DNA of 64,000 nt from Leptolyngbyaceae cyanobacterium (GCA_965263355.1 CBDHHL010000032.1:2080001-2144000), one strand, 5' to 3'. Shown: positions 42,104 through 53,017, numbered from the stretch's first letter. Numbers and translations are program-made. The notes: a model not told the origin generated them from the letters alone.

Positions 42104-43515
42104 AATCCAAAGGGAATAATTTCTGGCAACTCCAATACACATACTGGACCTGCCTCTAGATTATCTGCCGACAAAATCTGGACAGTGCTCTGATCTCGAT
42201 TTCCATCAAAGACAATGGTAAGAATCCAGCCAGAATCCTGGGAATTTGGAGCATAGATGGGTTCAATAGGGTAACAGCCGTCTTTAAACTTCATCAGGTT
42301 AAATCGACCATTATCGGGGTTTAAACAGCCAATGCCATCAAACAATTCTTCGTTTATCGCTTGAGACTTATAACAAAGGAAGAGAGCATTATAGTGCCGT
42401 CCAGTATCTTGAGGAGATGTGATTGGGAACTCACAGTCCAGGTCAAATAGTGGCCCGTTGGATAGAACTTTAGCTGCAGCGACATCTATCCGCAATCGAT
42501 ATAATCGTGATGATACCTGGGTTGTTGGACAACCTGTCACAAATTCTTTAAGCCACTGATTTGTATCAAAATCGGCGTAACGCACATAGTCAATGACGAT
42601 TGACCCATCATCTGTTTGATAACCATTACTAAAGTGCCACTGAAACCAGGGATCGGTTTCAAATCGGGAGACTTCTGTTAATGTATGGCGATCAACAACA
42701 ATAATTTGCGTTCCATACTGGGGTCGCCATCGCATCGCATCACTGAAGCCTTGGGTGCCCAACACAATTGGTAGCAAAGATAGTACTACCGGTGGTACTA
42801 GAAAAACAAGATAGGGACCCGCCAGGACAAAATCATGGATCAATGAAATCCGGGGCAGCGGTACCTGGCCTTGTTGCTGGATCTGACCAGAGGCATTACT
42901 ACGATAAAGTTGAATATAATTTTTACGACCTAAAACAACGCCAAAGTTATACAAGTCTCCTGTCTGAGGATCTTGTTTAGGATGAGCTGCATAGGGTTGC
43001 CCTGGCTTAAGTGTGCCAAAATCTTCTAAACCCAGCGTTTCTAAGGTTTCTAGATCCAGGGCATGGGGATTCCCTGCTTCCCACAGTGCCAGTAGTTTAT
43101 TGGGTAGGGCTAGGACAGAGGTATTTGCCACATTTTTGGGTTTAGCCCCCCAGCGTTGCCAAAATGGGCCGGGGGCGATTCGACTATAGCCGCCGTACAG
43201 GTACTGGTTAACGGCTGCTTCTGTTTGGAATCCCTGGGTTTGGACATAGCGATACAGTCCCATTGCGCCCATATCAGAAAAGTGAACGGCCAGGATACCG
43301 CCATCGCCATCAAACCAGTGATCAACAGCCTGCCCCGCCCGCTGCAGACGTCCTGCTCCATTGCAATATAGGCTACCTCGCAAATCGGTTGGAATTTGCC
43401 CCGTCAGTATGGGTAGGGGGGTGGGACCAAATTCGACGGCGGGGGTTGCGATCGCACGAGACCAAAGCGGTTTTCCCTGACTAAACGCATCACGATCTTG
43501 AATAGCGGTGTGCAT
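42070..43515 (-). CDS. Carotenoid oxygenase (RPE65/CCD family)
   Basis: HWFDGDG, NVANTS, AHPK, IHDF, WHFSN and PFGFHGTW; four Fe-ligand His present. Confidence 0.93.
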   Translation of the reverse strand: MHTAIQDRDAFSQGKPLWSRAIATPAVEFGPTPLPILTGQIPTDLRGSLYCNGAGRLQRAGQAVDHWFDGDGGILAVHFSDMGAMGLYRYVQTQGFQTEAAVNQYLYGGYSRIAPGPFWQRWGAKPKNVANTSVLALPNKLLALWEAGNPHALDLETLETLGLEDFGTLKPGQPYAAHPKQDPQTGDLYNFGVVLGRKNYIQLYRSNASGQIQQQGQVPLPRISLIHDFVLAGPYLVFLVPPVVLSLLPIVLGTQGFSDAMRWRPQYGTQIIVVDRHTLTEVSRFETDPWFQWHFSNGYQTDDGSIVIDYVRYADFDTNQWLKEFVTGCPTTQVSSRLYRLRIDVAAAKVLSNGPLFDLDCEFPITSPQDTGRHYNALFLCYKSQAINEELFDGIGCLNPDNGRFNLMKFKDGCYPIEPIYAPNSQDSGWILTIVFDGNRDQSTVQILSADNLEAGPVCVLELPEIIPFGFHGTWRPSPPK

Positions 43516-43582
43516 TACATCCCTTTTTTTCTAGTTTATAGACGATTAAGCTAACCCACTTAGCCTTTTCTCTATGAGTACA

Positions 43583-44059
43583 TTATTTTCGTGTTGAGCC
43601 CCTATGGGGTGGCTGAGGATTGACAATTTCGTAGGGTGCACTCCATTCACTTAATGACAACTGCAGACCTGTAAGGGGCAACCGAATATCGCTGAGGGTA
43701 AGCTGGCCCAGGTGTTCCTGGTGCTGACGGGACTGCTGTTGGCGTTGGTGCCATCGTCGAGAGTTGTGATATGCACGATGGCATGAACCGCAGAGAACAA
43801 TGACGGGCTGTGGGGCTGACTTGTCTGTCACCGGGGTCTGAACGTTAGGGTTACGCTGGTAAAGCTTGGTCACATGGAGCATCCAGCGGCGGGGGTGGGC
43901 TGCGATCTCATCTACCTCGTTACCAATCCGCAGGGCAAAGTCTGCTAGTGATTCATCATGACGCCGACACTGCCGTCCACAGGCCCTACATTGCCAGTTC
44001 GCTGCTTGCTTAAGTGCGAGGGTATTTGAGAGTTTTGCATGGTTACTGGGCAATGGCAT
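43583..44059 (-). CDS. Degenerate HNH-like zinc-binding protein
   Basis: WQCRACGRQC and VLCGSCH cysteine pairs; the HNH core is poorly conserved. Confidence 0.55.
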   Translation of the reverse strand: MPLPSNHAKLSNTLALKQAANWQCRACGRQCRRHDESLADFALRIGNEVDEIAAHPRRWMLHVTKLYQRNPNVQTPVTDKSAPQPVIVLCGSCHRAYHNSRRWHQRQQQSRQHQEHLGQLTLSDIRLPLTGLQLSLSEWSAPYEIVNPQPPHRGSTRK

Positions 44060-44172
44060 CTAGATAGAAACACGCTGGTTTGGGCCATAGCATAGCGCTA
44101 AATGAGCGTTTTGCAAGGGGGGGAGTGTAATTTTTTTTATACGCTTGTATTATTGGGCGTTTTCTGACCAAA

Positions 44173-45723
44173 CTATCGGGGCTTCGTTACCCGCACAAAC
44201 GCTGAATCTACAATGCGGGGCTGACCATTGACCAGTTGGACCGTAAACGTTCGTTCTTCTTTTTGCACCGAACCATCATGATAAAAATAGGTGTTTTGTC
44301 CCAAAAACTCTATGCTTTCTGGGGTTTGGCTCTGCACCTGTAGATTTTCTACAGACACTTGTTGAAACTGTTGAAAGAAACTGGGGTTAAATTGCTGGGC
44401 TACCGTGCCACCGGTTTGAGCCAGGGCCTGGTCCCAGGCCTGATTTGACAGGTGTGCGTAAAATTTGCTGATAACGGTTTGGGCGGTGGCTGGGGTTAAG
44501 GCAACGGTCTCGGTTGGTGGGGGTGGCTGGGTAGTTACTGTACCATCGGAATTATTGGTTACTGTGCCATCGGGATTATTGAAATCAGCCGATGAGCAGG
44601 CGCGTCCGATCAACAGACCTGCGGCCAAAATGGCGATACCGACAATAATAGCGGGCAGTTTTCTGGATGCCGAGCCTGATGCTGGGCGCGATGGTCTGGG
44701 GACAACTTCCGTGGCTACTGCGCTTTTAGGGCTAGCGGTCACGCTACTAGGCATTGACGATGGTGCCATGGCAGCCACAGTCAGCTCAGTAGGATTGGGA
44801 CTAATCGTCTGGTTGACAGCGTTGGCGGATTTAGACTCAGGAGCAGACCCAGGCGTAGACATATACTGCACGAGGTCTTTAGGTAAGGACTTCAGGGCAC
44901 TCAGCGCTTCTTTGGCGGACCGATAGCGGGCGCGAAAGTCGTAGCGCACCATGGTATCTAAAACGGTAATCAGTTCCACGGGCAGATGGGGCACATGGGC
45001 ATGCCAGTCTAGCTCGCCGGTTTGGGCATGGGGCATAAGCTGTTTAGGCGGTTGGCCGGTGAGGGCCTGAATACCCATGATGCCGACGGCGTAGATATCG
45101 CTACTAAACTGGGGTTGACCGGCCAGTTGCTCGCTGGGCATATAGCCCTGGGTGCCAATGGAAATGGTATGACCGATGGCGGAACCGGCGGGTTGGGTAC
45201 CGGCTTGTTTGACTGCCCCAAAGTCGATTACCACAATACGGTTATCCTGACGTCTGCGAATCAGGTTTGAGGGTTTGAGATCCCGATGAATGACCTGATT
45301 GGCATGGACAAAGGCCAGGGTGTCGAGCACATCCCCCAGAAAGTTGATTACTTTGGGCACATCCCAGGGAACAGTTTCAAACTCATCGGCCATTCCATGG
45401 CCGTCAATCAGTTCCTGGGCCAGGTAAAATTCGTTATTTTCTTCAAAGTGGGCAAGTAGGTGAGGAATTTGGGGATGGGAGCCTACCTGATATAGGACGT
45501 TGGCTTCGGTATCGAAAAGGCGTCGGGCGATCTGCAAGCTTTCGGCGTCTTCGACCTGGGGTTTGAGTTGTTTGACGACACAGAGGGGATGCCCCGGCAA
45601 GTGAAGGTCCTGGGCTTTGAATGTTTGCCCAAAGCCGCCTTCTCCTAGCTTATCTACGATTTTGTAACGGCCTCCCAGGGGGTGGTCTGACCTGTTTTGG
45701 GAGCGGCGGAAGTTTAGGGCCAT
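44173..45723 (-). CDS. Membrane Ser/Thr protein kinase (Hanks type)
   Basis: LGEGGFG, VVKQL, IHRDLKPSN, IDFG and GTQGYMP motifs; TM and extracytoplasmic C-terminal domain. Confidence 0.95.
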   Translation of the reverse strand: MALNFRRSQNRSDHPLGGRYKIVDKLGEGGFGQTFKAQDLHLPGHPLCVVKQLKPQVEDAESLQIARRLFDTEANVLYQVGSHPQIPHLLAHFEENNEFYLAQELIDGHGMADEFETVPWDVPKVINFLGDVLDTLAFVHANQVIHRDLKPSNLIRRRQDNRIVVIDFGAVKQAGTQPAGSAIGHTISIGTQGYMPSEQLAGQPQFSSDIYAVGIMGIQALTGQPPKQLMPHAQTGELDWHAHVPHLPVELITVLDTMVRYDFRARYRSAKEALSALKSLPKDLVQYMSTPGSAPESKSANAVNQTISPNPTELTVAAMAPSSMPSSVTASPKSAVATEVVPRPSRPASGSASRKLPAIIVGIAILAAGLLIGRACSSADFNNPDGTVTNNSDGTVTTQPPPPTETVALTPATAQTVISKFYAHLSNQAWDQALAQTGGTVAQQFNPSFFQQFQQVSVENLQVQSQTPESIEFLGQNTYFYHDGSVQKEERTFTVQLVNGQPRIVDSAFVRVTKPR

Positions 45724-45900
45724 CGGAGTTTAGGAAGAGGGGGAGAGGGGGAGTAGATTTCGGTGGCGTCTTTGTCTGAGATTATAGGATTTGATGGGGC
45801 TCCCAAACGTTTCCCTAGGACAGCTGGTGAATCGTGATAAACCTCTATGGAAAATCAGTAAACGACAGTGGTTGGGTATTTATTGGTCGGGTGCGATCGC

Positions 45901-45936
45901 AAATAAAGAACCCCCAGTGGATGCACACCAGGGGTT
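45901..45936 (-). terminator. Rho-independent terminator 1
   Basis: Minus strand AACCCCTGGTG-TGCATC-CACTGGGGGTT followed by CTTTATTT. Confidence 0.65.
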
Positions 45937-46010
45937 GAGTATGTGTTTAGGAAGTTTCAGCTTGACCTTCTTAAAGTGCCTACTTGAGTAGGAAAACTAT
46001 CGAAATTAAT

Positions 46011-46039
46011 AAAAAACCCCAATGCATAAAGCATTGGGG
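46011..46039 (-). terminator. Rho-independent terminator 2
   Basis: Minus strand CCCCAATGC-TTTAT-GCATTGGGG followed by TTTTTT. Confidence 0.75.
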
Positions 46040-46400
46040 AAGGAACTTATGAAAAGATCAACCTAAGCGTTAACTTAGTGCCCTAACTACATCACTTTAT
46101 TTCTAGGGATTAAATACCTATTCAACGTCACACGCTAAAGGGTTGCATTAAAAATCAATGCCCAAGTGATGAGGGTCAGTCAATGAAGAGTACGATACTT
46201 TATTTCTGTTTGGGTTAGAACCAACTGGTCAATCGCTAGTACAAGGCGAGGTTGTTGTGGATGCAATCACAGCTCAGAATGAACAGGGTAGGGAATTTAC
46301 TGTCTATTTCAACCCAGCTGCTCATTTTGTCCGGTTAGAAAGCATTTTTTAGAATAGACAGAATATCTCCTGTAGGTGCCGTAGGGGCAACGGGTGAATC

Positions 46401-48404
46401 TTAATAAAACTGATAAAGGGCCTGACTATCTTCAAAGTCCTGACCTTCAGCAATGGCAACAATCAACCCCTTATGCAAAAGCCAATTGCCCACCATCATA
46501 GCCCCCGCATGGGTATAGTCCCGCTTTTGCTCCAGCCATTCCACAACGGCTGCTCCCGTAAAGTAAGTGGGTTCAACCAAGTCAGTATCCTCACTATTTA
46601 GCGGCTCTGGATGCACCTGCAGTTCAATACCCTGTGGCCCCTGCATCGCTGCAGCCAACGCCTCCAGGTCAAGATTCGTCAGCAGGTCAGGCAGGGGGGA
46701 TGGCTCAGTTTGCTCGACAGTCTCCTCAACAAGTGACTCAGCTGGCATAAGTGACGTTGATGGACTGGCCTGAGCATTATCCATGTCACCTACACCAGCA
46801 GACTGTTGTTTAAGGATGGTAATAATCTCATCTAGTTGGGGCGATTCTAAGTGCACATCCTGCTGCACAAACGGTACTTCAATACCATGGTGACGCAAAC
46901 TTGCTTCAATGGCATAGTTCAAATCACTTTTCACCCGAAATTGTTTGCGCGGTTCTCCCGTCCACACCATGATTTCAAAGTTCAAGGCGCTATCCCCAAA
47001 GCTTTGAAACCAGATTTCTGGCTCAGGTCGCAGCAACACCTCCGGATGCCGTTTAACCGCCTCTAGTAACGCAGTTTTTACCTGGGCAATATCAGAATTG
47101 TACGCAACGCTAACCGGAATTCGTAGACGGGATACTGGATCGCCGTGGCTCCAGTTAATCACCTCGCTCTCCAAAAACCGAGAATTTGGCACAATGATCG
47201 TCACCTTATCCAGGGTATTAATCTCGGTACTGCGGGCACCCACCTGTTTGACAATACCCACCAGGTCACCAATTTTAATAAAATCTCCCACCTGAATCGG
47301 ACGCTCCAGAGTAATGATAAATCCGCTAATAAAGTTGTTGGTAATATTCTGAACGCCAAAACCAATACCCACACCCAGTAAGCTAGCAAGGATCGCTAGA
47401 GAACTGGCATCAATTCCTAACAGCTGTAATAGAACAATGACACCTAGAAACAGCAGCACATATTGAACTAAAACGCTGAGAATATCCTGCAGTCGGGGGT
47501 CAACTCGGGCACTACGCAGCACATAATTGCGGAAGAGTTGAGCGATTAAACGGGCGGCAAACCAGAGGCCAATGGTCAAGGCCAGCAATAGCAACAGGCT
47601 AAAGGCAGAATATTGACTATCACCAATGGCAATGCTTTTAGCGGTGAGCAGGGTGACAATGATATGCCGCCAGCTGCGCAGCTGTGGAAACAGATCAGTG
47701 ATATAGATGGCAACGGTCAACCAAAGACCGACCTTTAAGCCGATTAACCCTAACCGCCAAAAGAACTTGATGGGTCTTTCCCAAACAGCTAAAGGCCCAC
47801 CTGCCACTGCAAATTGTTGCCTTAAGACGCGAAAACTGCGACGACCTAATATGCGTAGGAGTAAGTGGATTGCGATCGCACCCCCTAATCCCCCCAGACC
47901 ATAGAAAAACGCCTGACGTAAATAGGCTGGACTGCGCTCCTGTTTGCCATCGTAGAGAGCGGCTTCCAGGGCCTCGGCCCAATCTGTGGCTTGCTGCTCA
48001 AGCTGATAGCCCGCTTTAGTCAGATCCACCTCTGTAACCGTTGCTATGCGTATCCCACCATCCTGGCTTTGCAAGTAAACGGAACCATTTTCTTCATCAA
48101 CAATAACGTCGATCTTAGCTGGCTCAGCTTTCTGGACCTCTTCCTCCAGTCGGCTATTAATGTCACGGGCCCGTTTAGCTGCGGTGACCACGTCAGGCAC
48201 CCCACGGACTTCGAAAACTTTACGGCCATTGACCACTACGTTTGCGGTAGGATCCGTAGATGCCAGCTGTGATTGTGCCCCTGGCGAGACACCTAGCCAA
48301 ATCAACACAATCAGGGCCAGGCATAGCCAAGAAAGCCTGAAGCGATGCAACAACCGTTTGAATCTAAAGCGTTGTGGAAATCTCAAGGGCACCAATGGTT
48401 GCAT
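46401..48404 (-). CDS. MscS-family mechanosensitive channel with C-terminal DEP-like domain
   Basis: GIGFGVQNITNNFISG, IQVGDFI and IIVPNS motifs; C-terminal FTGAAVVEWL...GNWLLHKGLI...FEDSQALYQFY. Confidence 0.9.
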   Translation of the reverse strand: MQPLVPLRFPQRFRFKRLLHRFRLSWLCLALIVLIWLGVSPGAQSQLASTDPTANVVVNGRKVFEVRGVPDVVTAAKRARDINSRLEEEVQKAEPAKIDVIVDEENGSVYLQSQDGGIRIATVTEVDLTKAGYQLEQQATDWAEALEAALYDGKQERSPAYLRQAFFYGLGGLGGAIAIHLLLRILGRRSFRVLRQQFAVAGGPLAVWERPIKFFWRLGLIGLKVGLWLTVAIYITDLFPQLRSWRHIIVTLLTAKSIAIGDSQYSAFSLLLLLALTIGLWFAARLIAQLFRNYVLRSARVDPRLQDILSVLVQYVLLFLGVIVLLQLLGIDASSLAILASLLGVGIGFGVQNITNNFISGFIITLERPIQVGDFIKIGDLVGIVKQVGARSTEINTLDKVTIIVPNSRFLESEVINWSHGDPVSRLRIPVSVAYNSDIAQVKTALLEAVKRHPEVLLRPEPEIWFQSFGDSALNFEIMVWTGEPRKQFRVKSDLNYAIEASLRHHGIEVPFVQQDVHLESPQLDEIITILKQQSAGVGDMDNAQASPSTSLMPAESLVEETVEQTEPSPLPDLLTNLDLEALAAAMQGPQGIELQVHPEPLNSEDTDLVEPTYFTGAAVVEWLEQKRDYTHAGAMMVGNWLLHKGLIVAIAEGQDFEDSQALYQFY

Positions 48405-48972
48405 TGGGGGTCGTATTGGGAAGGATTAAGGACGATTCTGCGGGGTCAAGGTTGGGGCGGGCATTATTGAGCAATGCCTGGGCAGCAAACCACAGACCAA
48501 TACCCAGAAGTAGTAAGACCCCCCCTCCGAGCAGCCAGCCCAAGATAGCATTGGGCTCCGTCGGCATGTCACTACTTTTAGCCACATGGCTATACTCGCG
48601 ATTTAATTCGGTAGAGTTATCGTCCGCACTGTCAACAATCACAGCTGTTAACTTAAACGGCCCAATGCGGATAGTATCCTTTGGCGTAAATGTCTGGCCC
48701 GTTTGCTGGATTAACCGCCCATTGAGAAAGGTACCGTTAGCACTTTGGTCTGTAATGTGCAGCTGTCGATTCACCATAGAAATCAGCGCATGGTACCGGG
48801 ATACCTGCTGATGGCTCAGCTCTAGCTGGGATACCGATACGTGCTCTAGTTGGGATGGCATTTTGCTAGCTTCACGACCAATCGCCACCGGCAGTGAGCG
48901 CGATACATGCTGAGATTGTCCCGTCACCGGGTCTTCCCAATTAAGTTGAATAACGACCGGTTTACCTGACAT
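48364..48972 (-). CDS. FHA-domain membrane protein
   Basis: IGRE, VSRYHA and SANGTFLNG FHA motifs; C-terminal TM. Confidence 0.9.
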   Translation of the reverse strand: MSGKPVVIQLNWEDPVTGQSQHVSRSLPVAIGREASKMPSQLEHVSVSQLELSHQQVSRYHALISMVNRQLHITDQSANGTFLNGRLIQQTGQTFTPKDTIRIGPFKLTAVIVDSADDNSTELNREYSHVAKSSDMPTEPNAILGWLLGGGVLLLLGIGLWFAAQALLNNARPNLDPAESSLILPNTTPNATIGALEISTTL

Positions 48973-49520
48973 AGGTTGCCTATTTCGTAAGTTAAGCGCT
49001 TAGTTTGAGGACGATCTTATCGTAATGATTAGCAGGAAAAGGCATCCTTACGCGAAGAAATTTCCGTCGGCAAGTAAGGACAACTCAAGCCCATCAGAGG
49101 CAAGATCATTGAATCAGTCGAGCATTGTTACCCAACAATTGATGAAACGTTACAATTTGTGGGGTCAACGCCTCAATCAGGTGAGTCATCTAATGATTCT
49201 GAGAGCAAAGACAACTCGGATCATGGGGGTACTGACCATTGTTTTACTCAGCCTTTTGTTAGGATGCATCGATAGACCGTTCTGGCTACAGCGCAGTCAC
49301 CAGAGCTATTTGACGTCATGCCAAAAACTGCCAATGACAACTTTATGGCCTTAACTTTATGACCTTAATTTTAACAGTATAGATTGGTTCGCAATGGGAG
49401 AACAATATTGCCTCAAGTGGTTGCCGCACCGCGACAAGGGGTGTGCGATCGCAACTATTCTTTTGCTAGCATAGCCTGAAGTATGCAAAGCCACCTGACT
49501 TTAAACATAGGCGTTCTACC

Positions 49521-49772
49521 ATGAAACCTCAAGCAGAGCATTCAAAACCTCGTACCTTAGCGGACATAGGCTACTACTTCTTATGGGGGATCGTCTTTGG
49601 ATTAGTGCTAGCGCTGATTCCACTAGCAATCAGCACACCAGCTTTCACCCTTTGGAATATTTACGCTACAGGAGGGCTCGTATTGGTTTGTGGCACCCTG
49701 TCTGCACTGGTGGGAAAAAGATTTTTACATGCTCTGATGCGGCTTTTAGAATTTTTTCCCCCAGTAGCCTAG
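49521..49772 (+). CDS. Small two-TM hypothetical protein
   Basis: 83 aa with two hydrophobic segments. Confidence 0.65.
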   Translation: MKPQAEHSKPRTLADIGYYFLWGIVFGLVLALIPLAISTPAFTLWNIYATGGLVLVCGTLSALVGKRFLHALMRLLEFFPPVA

Positions 49773-49862
49773 AATACCGATTACCCAACCCTGCTGCCGC
49801 CATCGTAAGAACAGGTATTTCATCTATAATGCCCCAATACTGCTGCGGGAATCGACTCACGC

Positions 49863-50099
49863 ATGAATGCTAATACACGAAGAAATATAAAAAAAATATT
49901 AATTTTAGCTGCAAATCCTGAAAATGCATCACGATTCCGTTTGAGGAAAGAAGCCCGAGAGATTGAAAAAAGATTTGAGCAATCAAAAACTTGGGCTAAA
50001 TTTGATGTGCGATATGCTTGGGCAACACGTCCTAGGGACATTCGCCTAAACATGTTGGATTTTGCTCCCCATGTTGTGCATTTTTCAGGCCATGGTTAA
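49863..50099 (+). pseudogene. N-terminal half of a CHAT domain (truncated)
   Basis: KKILILAANP...PHVVHFSGHG*; similar to the CHAT start of 37796-40033 but lacks the catalytic Cys half. Confidence 0.7.
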
Positions 50100-51228
50100 A
50101 GAAAAACATAATCAGCCCCCTGATGAAAACATGGGATTAGAACCTAAGCTTGAAATTCCTTCGTCTGGTTCTCGTTTGCCTGAACCACCTCTTCAAGTTA
50201 GCCCCTATTTGGTTCTTAAGACAGACTCAGGTAAACGTCACCTATCATTGTTCGGTAATAGTTATTGGACTATTGGCCGCAGTGACGATAACAACTTTGT
50301 CTTGCCCGATCGCTGGATTTCTCGCAACCATGCCATGCTGCAGCTTATGGAAAGCGGAGAATTCTATTTAATCGATCTGGGCAGTCGCAATGGTTCATTT
50401 GTCAATGGTCGTAGGGTTAGCATCCCGGTCACTTTGTGTAATGGAGATGCGTTAACCTTTGGGCAAACTGAGTTACAGTTTTACTGTCCTACACAAAAAA
50501 CTGTTGCCAGCAGCCATACTTCTATTAACTCCCATGACTCTACAGCTACGGTCACTCTCCATGTGCGCCGTTTAATCTCAGTTATGGTAGTGGATATTCG
50601 AGACTTTACCGTCCTAACCCGACAGCTAGATGAGAAAGTTCTGTCTGAAGTTATTGGTACTTGGTTTCGCCATGCAGGCAATATCATTGGCGAGTACGGC
50701 AGTTGGGTTGATAAATATATTGGTGATGCGGTTATGGCCGTATGGATTCACGGCACCCAAGAAGTAAAAACCGAAGAGATGCTCCAGATCAGTCGGGCTA
50801 TCAGTGCGCTGAATGCCATGACTCAGCAACTTCATAAGCAGTTTCCTTTACCTTTCCCATTAAAGGTAGGGGCTGGCGTAAATACGGGCTATGCCATTGT
50901 TGGTAATACAGGTACTGGTGCTCGTCCTGACTACACAGCCCTAGGCGATACCGTTAATGCGGCATTTCGCTTCGAAAGCTCAACCAAACAGTTAGGGTTA
51001 GATATGGCCATTGGGGCAGAAACCTATAAGTATTTGAATAAGCTAGGGGCTAATGAGCAAACCTTCAAGCGCTATTCATCCTTACTTAAGGGCTATGACA
51101 AGCCTCTAACGACCTACACGTGTATGTTTTCAGACTTAGATCAATTTCTCATTAACTATGATCAAACAAATTCCTTGCTCTCATCAACGACTAAGAAAAA
51201 CAATATAAAGAAAACTACTTATCGCTAG
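50092..51228 (+). CDS. FHA-domain class III adenylate/guanylate cyclase
   Basis: FHA (IGRSDDN, ISRNHA, SRNGSFVNG) plus cyclase (VVDIRDFT, DKYIGDAVMA, GDTVNAAFRFE). Confidence 0.92.
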   Translation: MVKEKHNQPPDENMGLEPKLEIPSSGSRLPEPPLQVSPYLVLKTDSGKRHLSLFGNSYWTIGRSDDNNFVLPDRWISRNHAMLQLMESGEFYLIDLGSRNGSFVNGRRVSIPVTLCNGDALTFGQTELQFYCPTQKTVASSHTSINSHDSTATVTLHVRRLISVMVVDIRDFTVLTRQLDEKVLSEVIGTWFRHAGNIIGEYGSWVDKYIGDAVMAVWIHGTQEVKTEEMLQISRAISALNAMTQQLHKQFPLPFPLKVGAGVNTGYAIVGNTGTGARPDYTALGDTVNAAFRFESSTKQLGLDMAIGAETYKYLNKLGANEQTFKRYSSLLKGYDKPLTTYTCMFSDLDQFLINYDQTNSLLSSTTKKNNIKKTTYR

Positions 51229-51695
51229 ATACTATATTTAAAATTAAATGACTTTCGACCAGGTGTTATAAACAACATCAAAAGAATTTCAACATAATTT
51301 TATCCAATACTTTGATGTGATATTCCATTGCTCGTAGAACTTACACCAAAATTTTGCTGTATAACGCTATGAAAGTGAGGTAGTGTAAGGTACTTAAGTA
51401 CGTTAGCTATTAATAAATGATTTTGCCAAGCATTTCGGAAATTCTGTATATCTTTGTCGAAAATAAAAACGATCAGCATTAAGTACGTCTGGAATGTCAA
51501 TGGACCTCTATGCGATCGCAACCCCGGACTTTTGTCAGTTTAGTCACGGGGGATTCAAATTCCCCAGCTAACTGGTATTCAAAAAAATAATGGTTATACT
51601 TCTTTAAGCTTGCTTTTTTGAAGAGGATTAACGCATGTTTATTAAGTGCTCTGTACGATAACACGGGCATTATTAAATTATAGGCTTACCAGTGA

Positions 51696-52853
51696 TTGCT
51701 CGAAATTGTTTCAATAGGACCTCAAGTGAATCTACAAACACTCGTAAATAGTGACCATCGTGACGCCTATTTTACCCAGGCCGAGTACGCGAAAAAACTA
51801 AGGCCGTTGCTTCCTAAAGAAGCTTTTTTACCTAATTACAGTCGTGTCTGGATACTGTTGATCAATGCAGCAATTTTGCTTTTAGGTTGGGGGATTGCCA
51901 GTTATCTTGATCAGTGGAATTGGTACTTACTGTGGCTTTATCTCCCATTCTCTTTAGTAATGGGAAATAGCATCATTGTTTTATTGTTTAGCACCCATGA
52001 TATATTGCACAGCAAGACAATTAAGCATCCATTCATTCGATGGATTGTTAGTTTGATCGGGTTGACAATGTTGTGGACACCGCCCACGTTTTGGAAGGCT
52101 GTACATAATCGAGAGCACCACAACAAAACTAATTCTCTGCACGATCCAGACCGAAATTATTTATATGAGCAACCCAATAATTGGGGAAAGTGGATTCAAA
52201 ACCTTTTTGTTCCTTCATCAGAAGTTAACTCACTTTGGTTGTTCGTAGGTATGGGGCATGCATGGGGCATGCATACGTTCCGTAATTTAAGCTCTGTCCT
52301 GTTGTTTAACAATGCACTGACCCAGTATGCTCCAGCAGCTTTTAAGGTAAGTAACAAGGAAAGAAGAGCTATCTCATTTGAACTTCTGCTGATTATGGGA
52401 ATCCACCTTGCTATTTTATTTTTTCTGGGTCTTCATCCAGTCAAAATTATTCTTAGCTACTTTCTCCCCATTTGGATTGGCCATGCTGGTGCCATGTTCT
52501 ATATCTACACCAACCATATGTTATGTCGCATGACCAGCGTGAATGATCCACTTATTAATAGTGTGTCGCTTCGGGTACCTAAAGTCTTTGATTTGTTACA
52601 CTTAAACTTCTCATACCATACAGAACACCATGTCTTTCCAGGGGTCAACTCAGATTACTATCCACAGGTTCAGTCACTATTACAGGCCCACTATGGCGAT
52701 CGATTTAATTTGTTAGACGCTGGTGAGGCTTGGCGTTTAATGTTAAAAACACCTCGGCATTACAAGAATGAGAATACCTTTATAGACTGGACAGGAAAAA
52801 AGATTGTTACCTGCCCTCTTTCCTGTGAAGATGAGAATCAACTAGTACTCTAA
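51696..52853 (+). CDS. Membrane fatty-acid desaturase/hydroxylase family protein
   Basis: His boxes THDILH, HNREHH and YHTEHH. Confidence 0.9.
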   Translation: MLEIVSIGPQVNLQTLVNSDHRDAYFTQAEYAKKLRPLLPKEAFLPNYSRVWILLINAAILLLGWGIASYLDQWNWYLLWLYLPFSLVMGNSIIVLLFSTHDILHSKTIKHPFIRWIVSLIGLTMLWTPPTFWKAVHNREHHNKTNSLHDPDRNYLYEQPNNWGKWIQNLFVPSSEVNSLWLFVGMGHAWGMHTFRNLSSVLLFNNALTQYAPAAFKVSNKERRAISFELLLIMGIHLAILFFLGLHPVKIILSYFLPIWIGHAGAMFYIYTNHMLCRMTSVNDPLINSVSLRVPKVFDLLHLNFSYHTEHHVFPGVNSDYYPQVQSLLQAHYGDRFNLLDAGEAWRLMLKTPRHYKNENTFIDWTGKKIVTCPLSCEDENQLVL

Positions 52854-52924
52854 CTTTAGTTACGATCGCAGCCACGCCCTCCAGTCAGTTTAGTGGCATG
52901 GGTTTCAGGGGCAGTCAAGACATA

Positions 52925-52964
52925 AATGGCACGGTCAACTTGGTAAACAACTGACCGTGCCATT
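52925..52964. terminator. Hairpin between convergent genes
   Basis: AATGGCACGGTCA / TGACCGTGCCATT 13-bp perfect stem. Confidence 0.6.
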
Positions 52965-53017
52965 ACAACTTTGAGCTAATTTTATGTGAAAAGCATTTCC
53001 CACCAACTCATCTCAAC

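Noticed and set aside
49025..49354. 109-aa ORF
   Set aside because: No motif; lies in a divergent promoter region; probably spurious.
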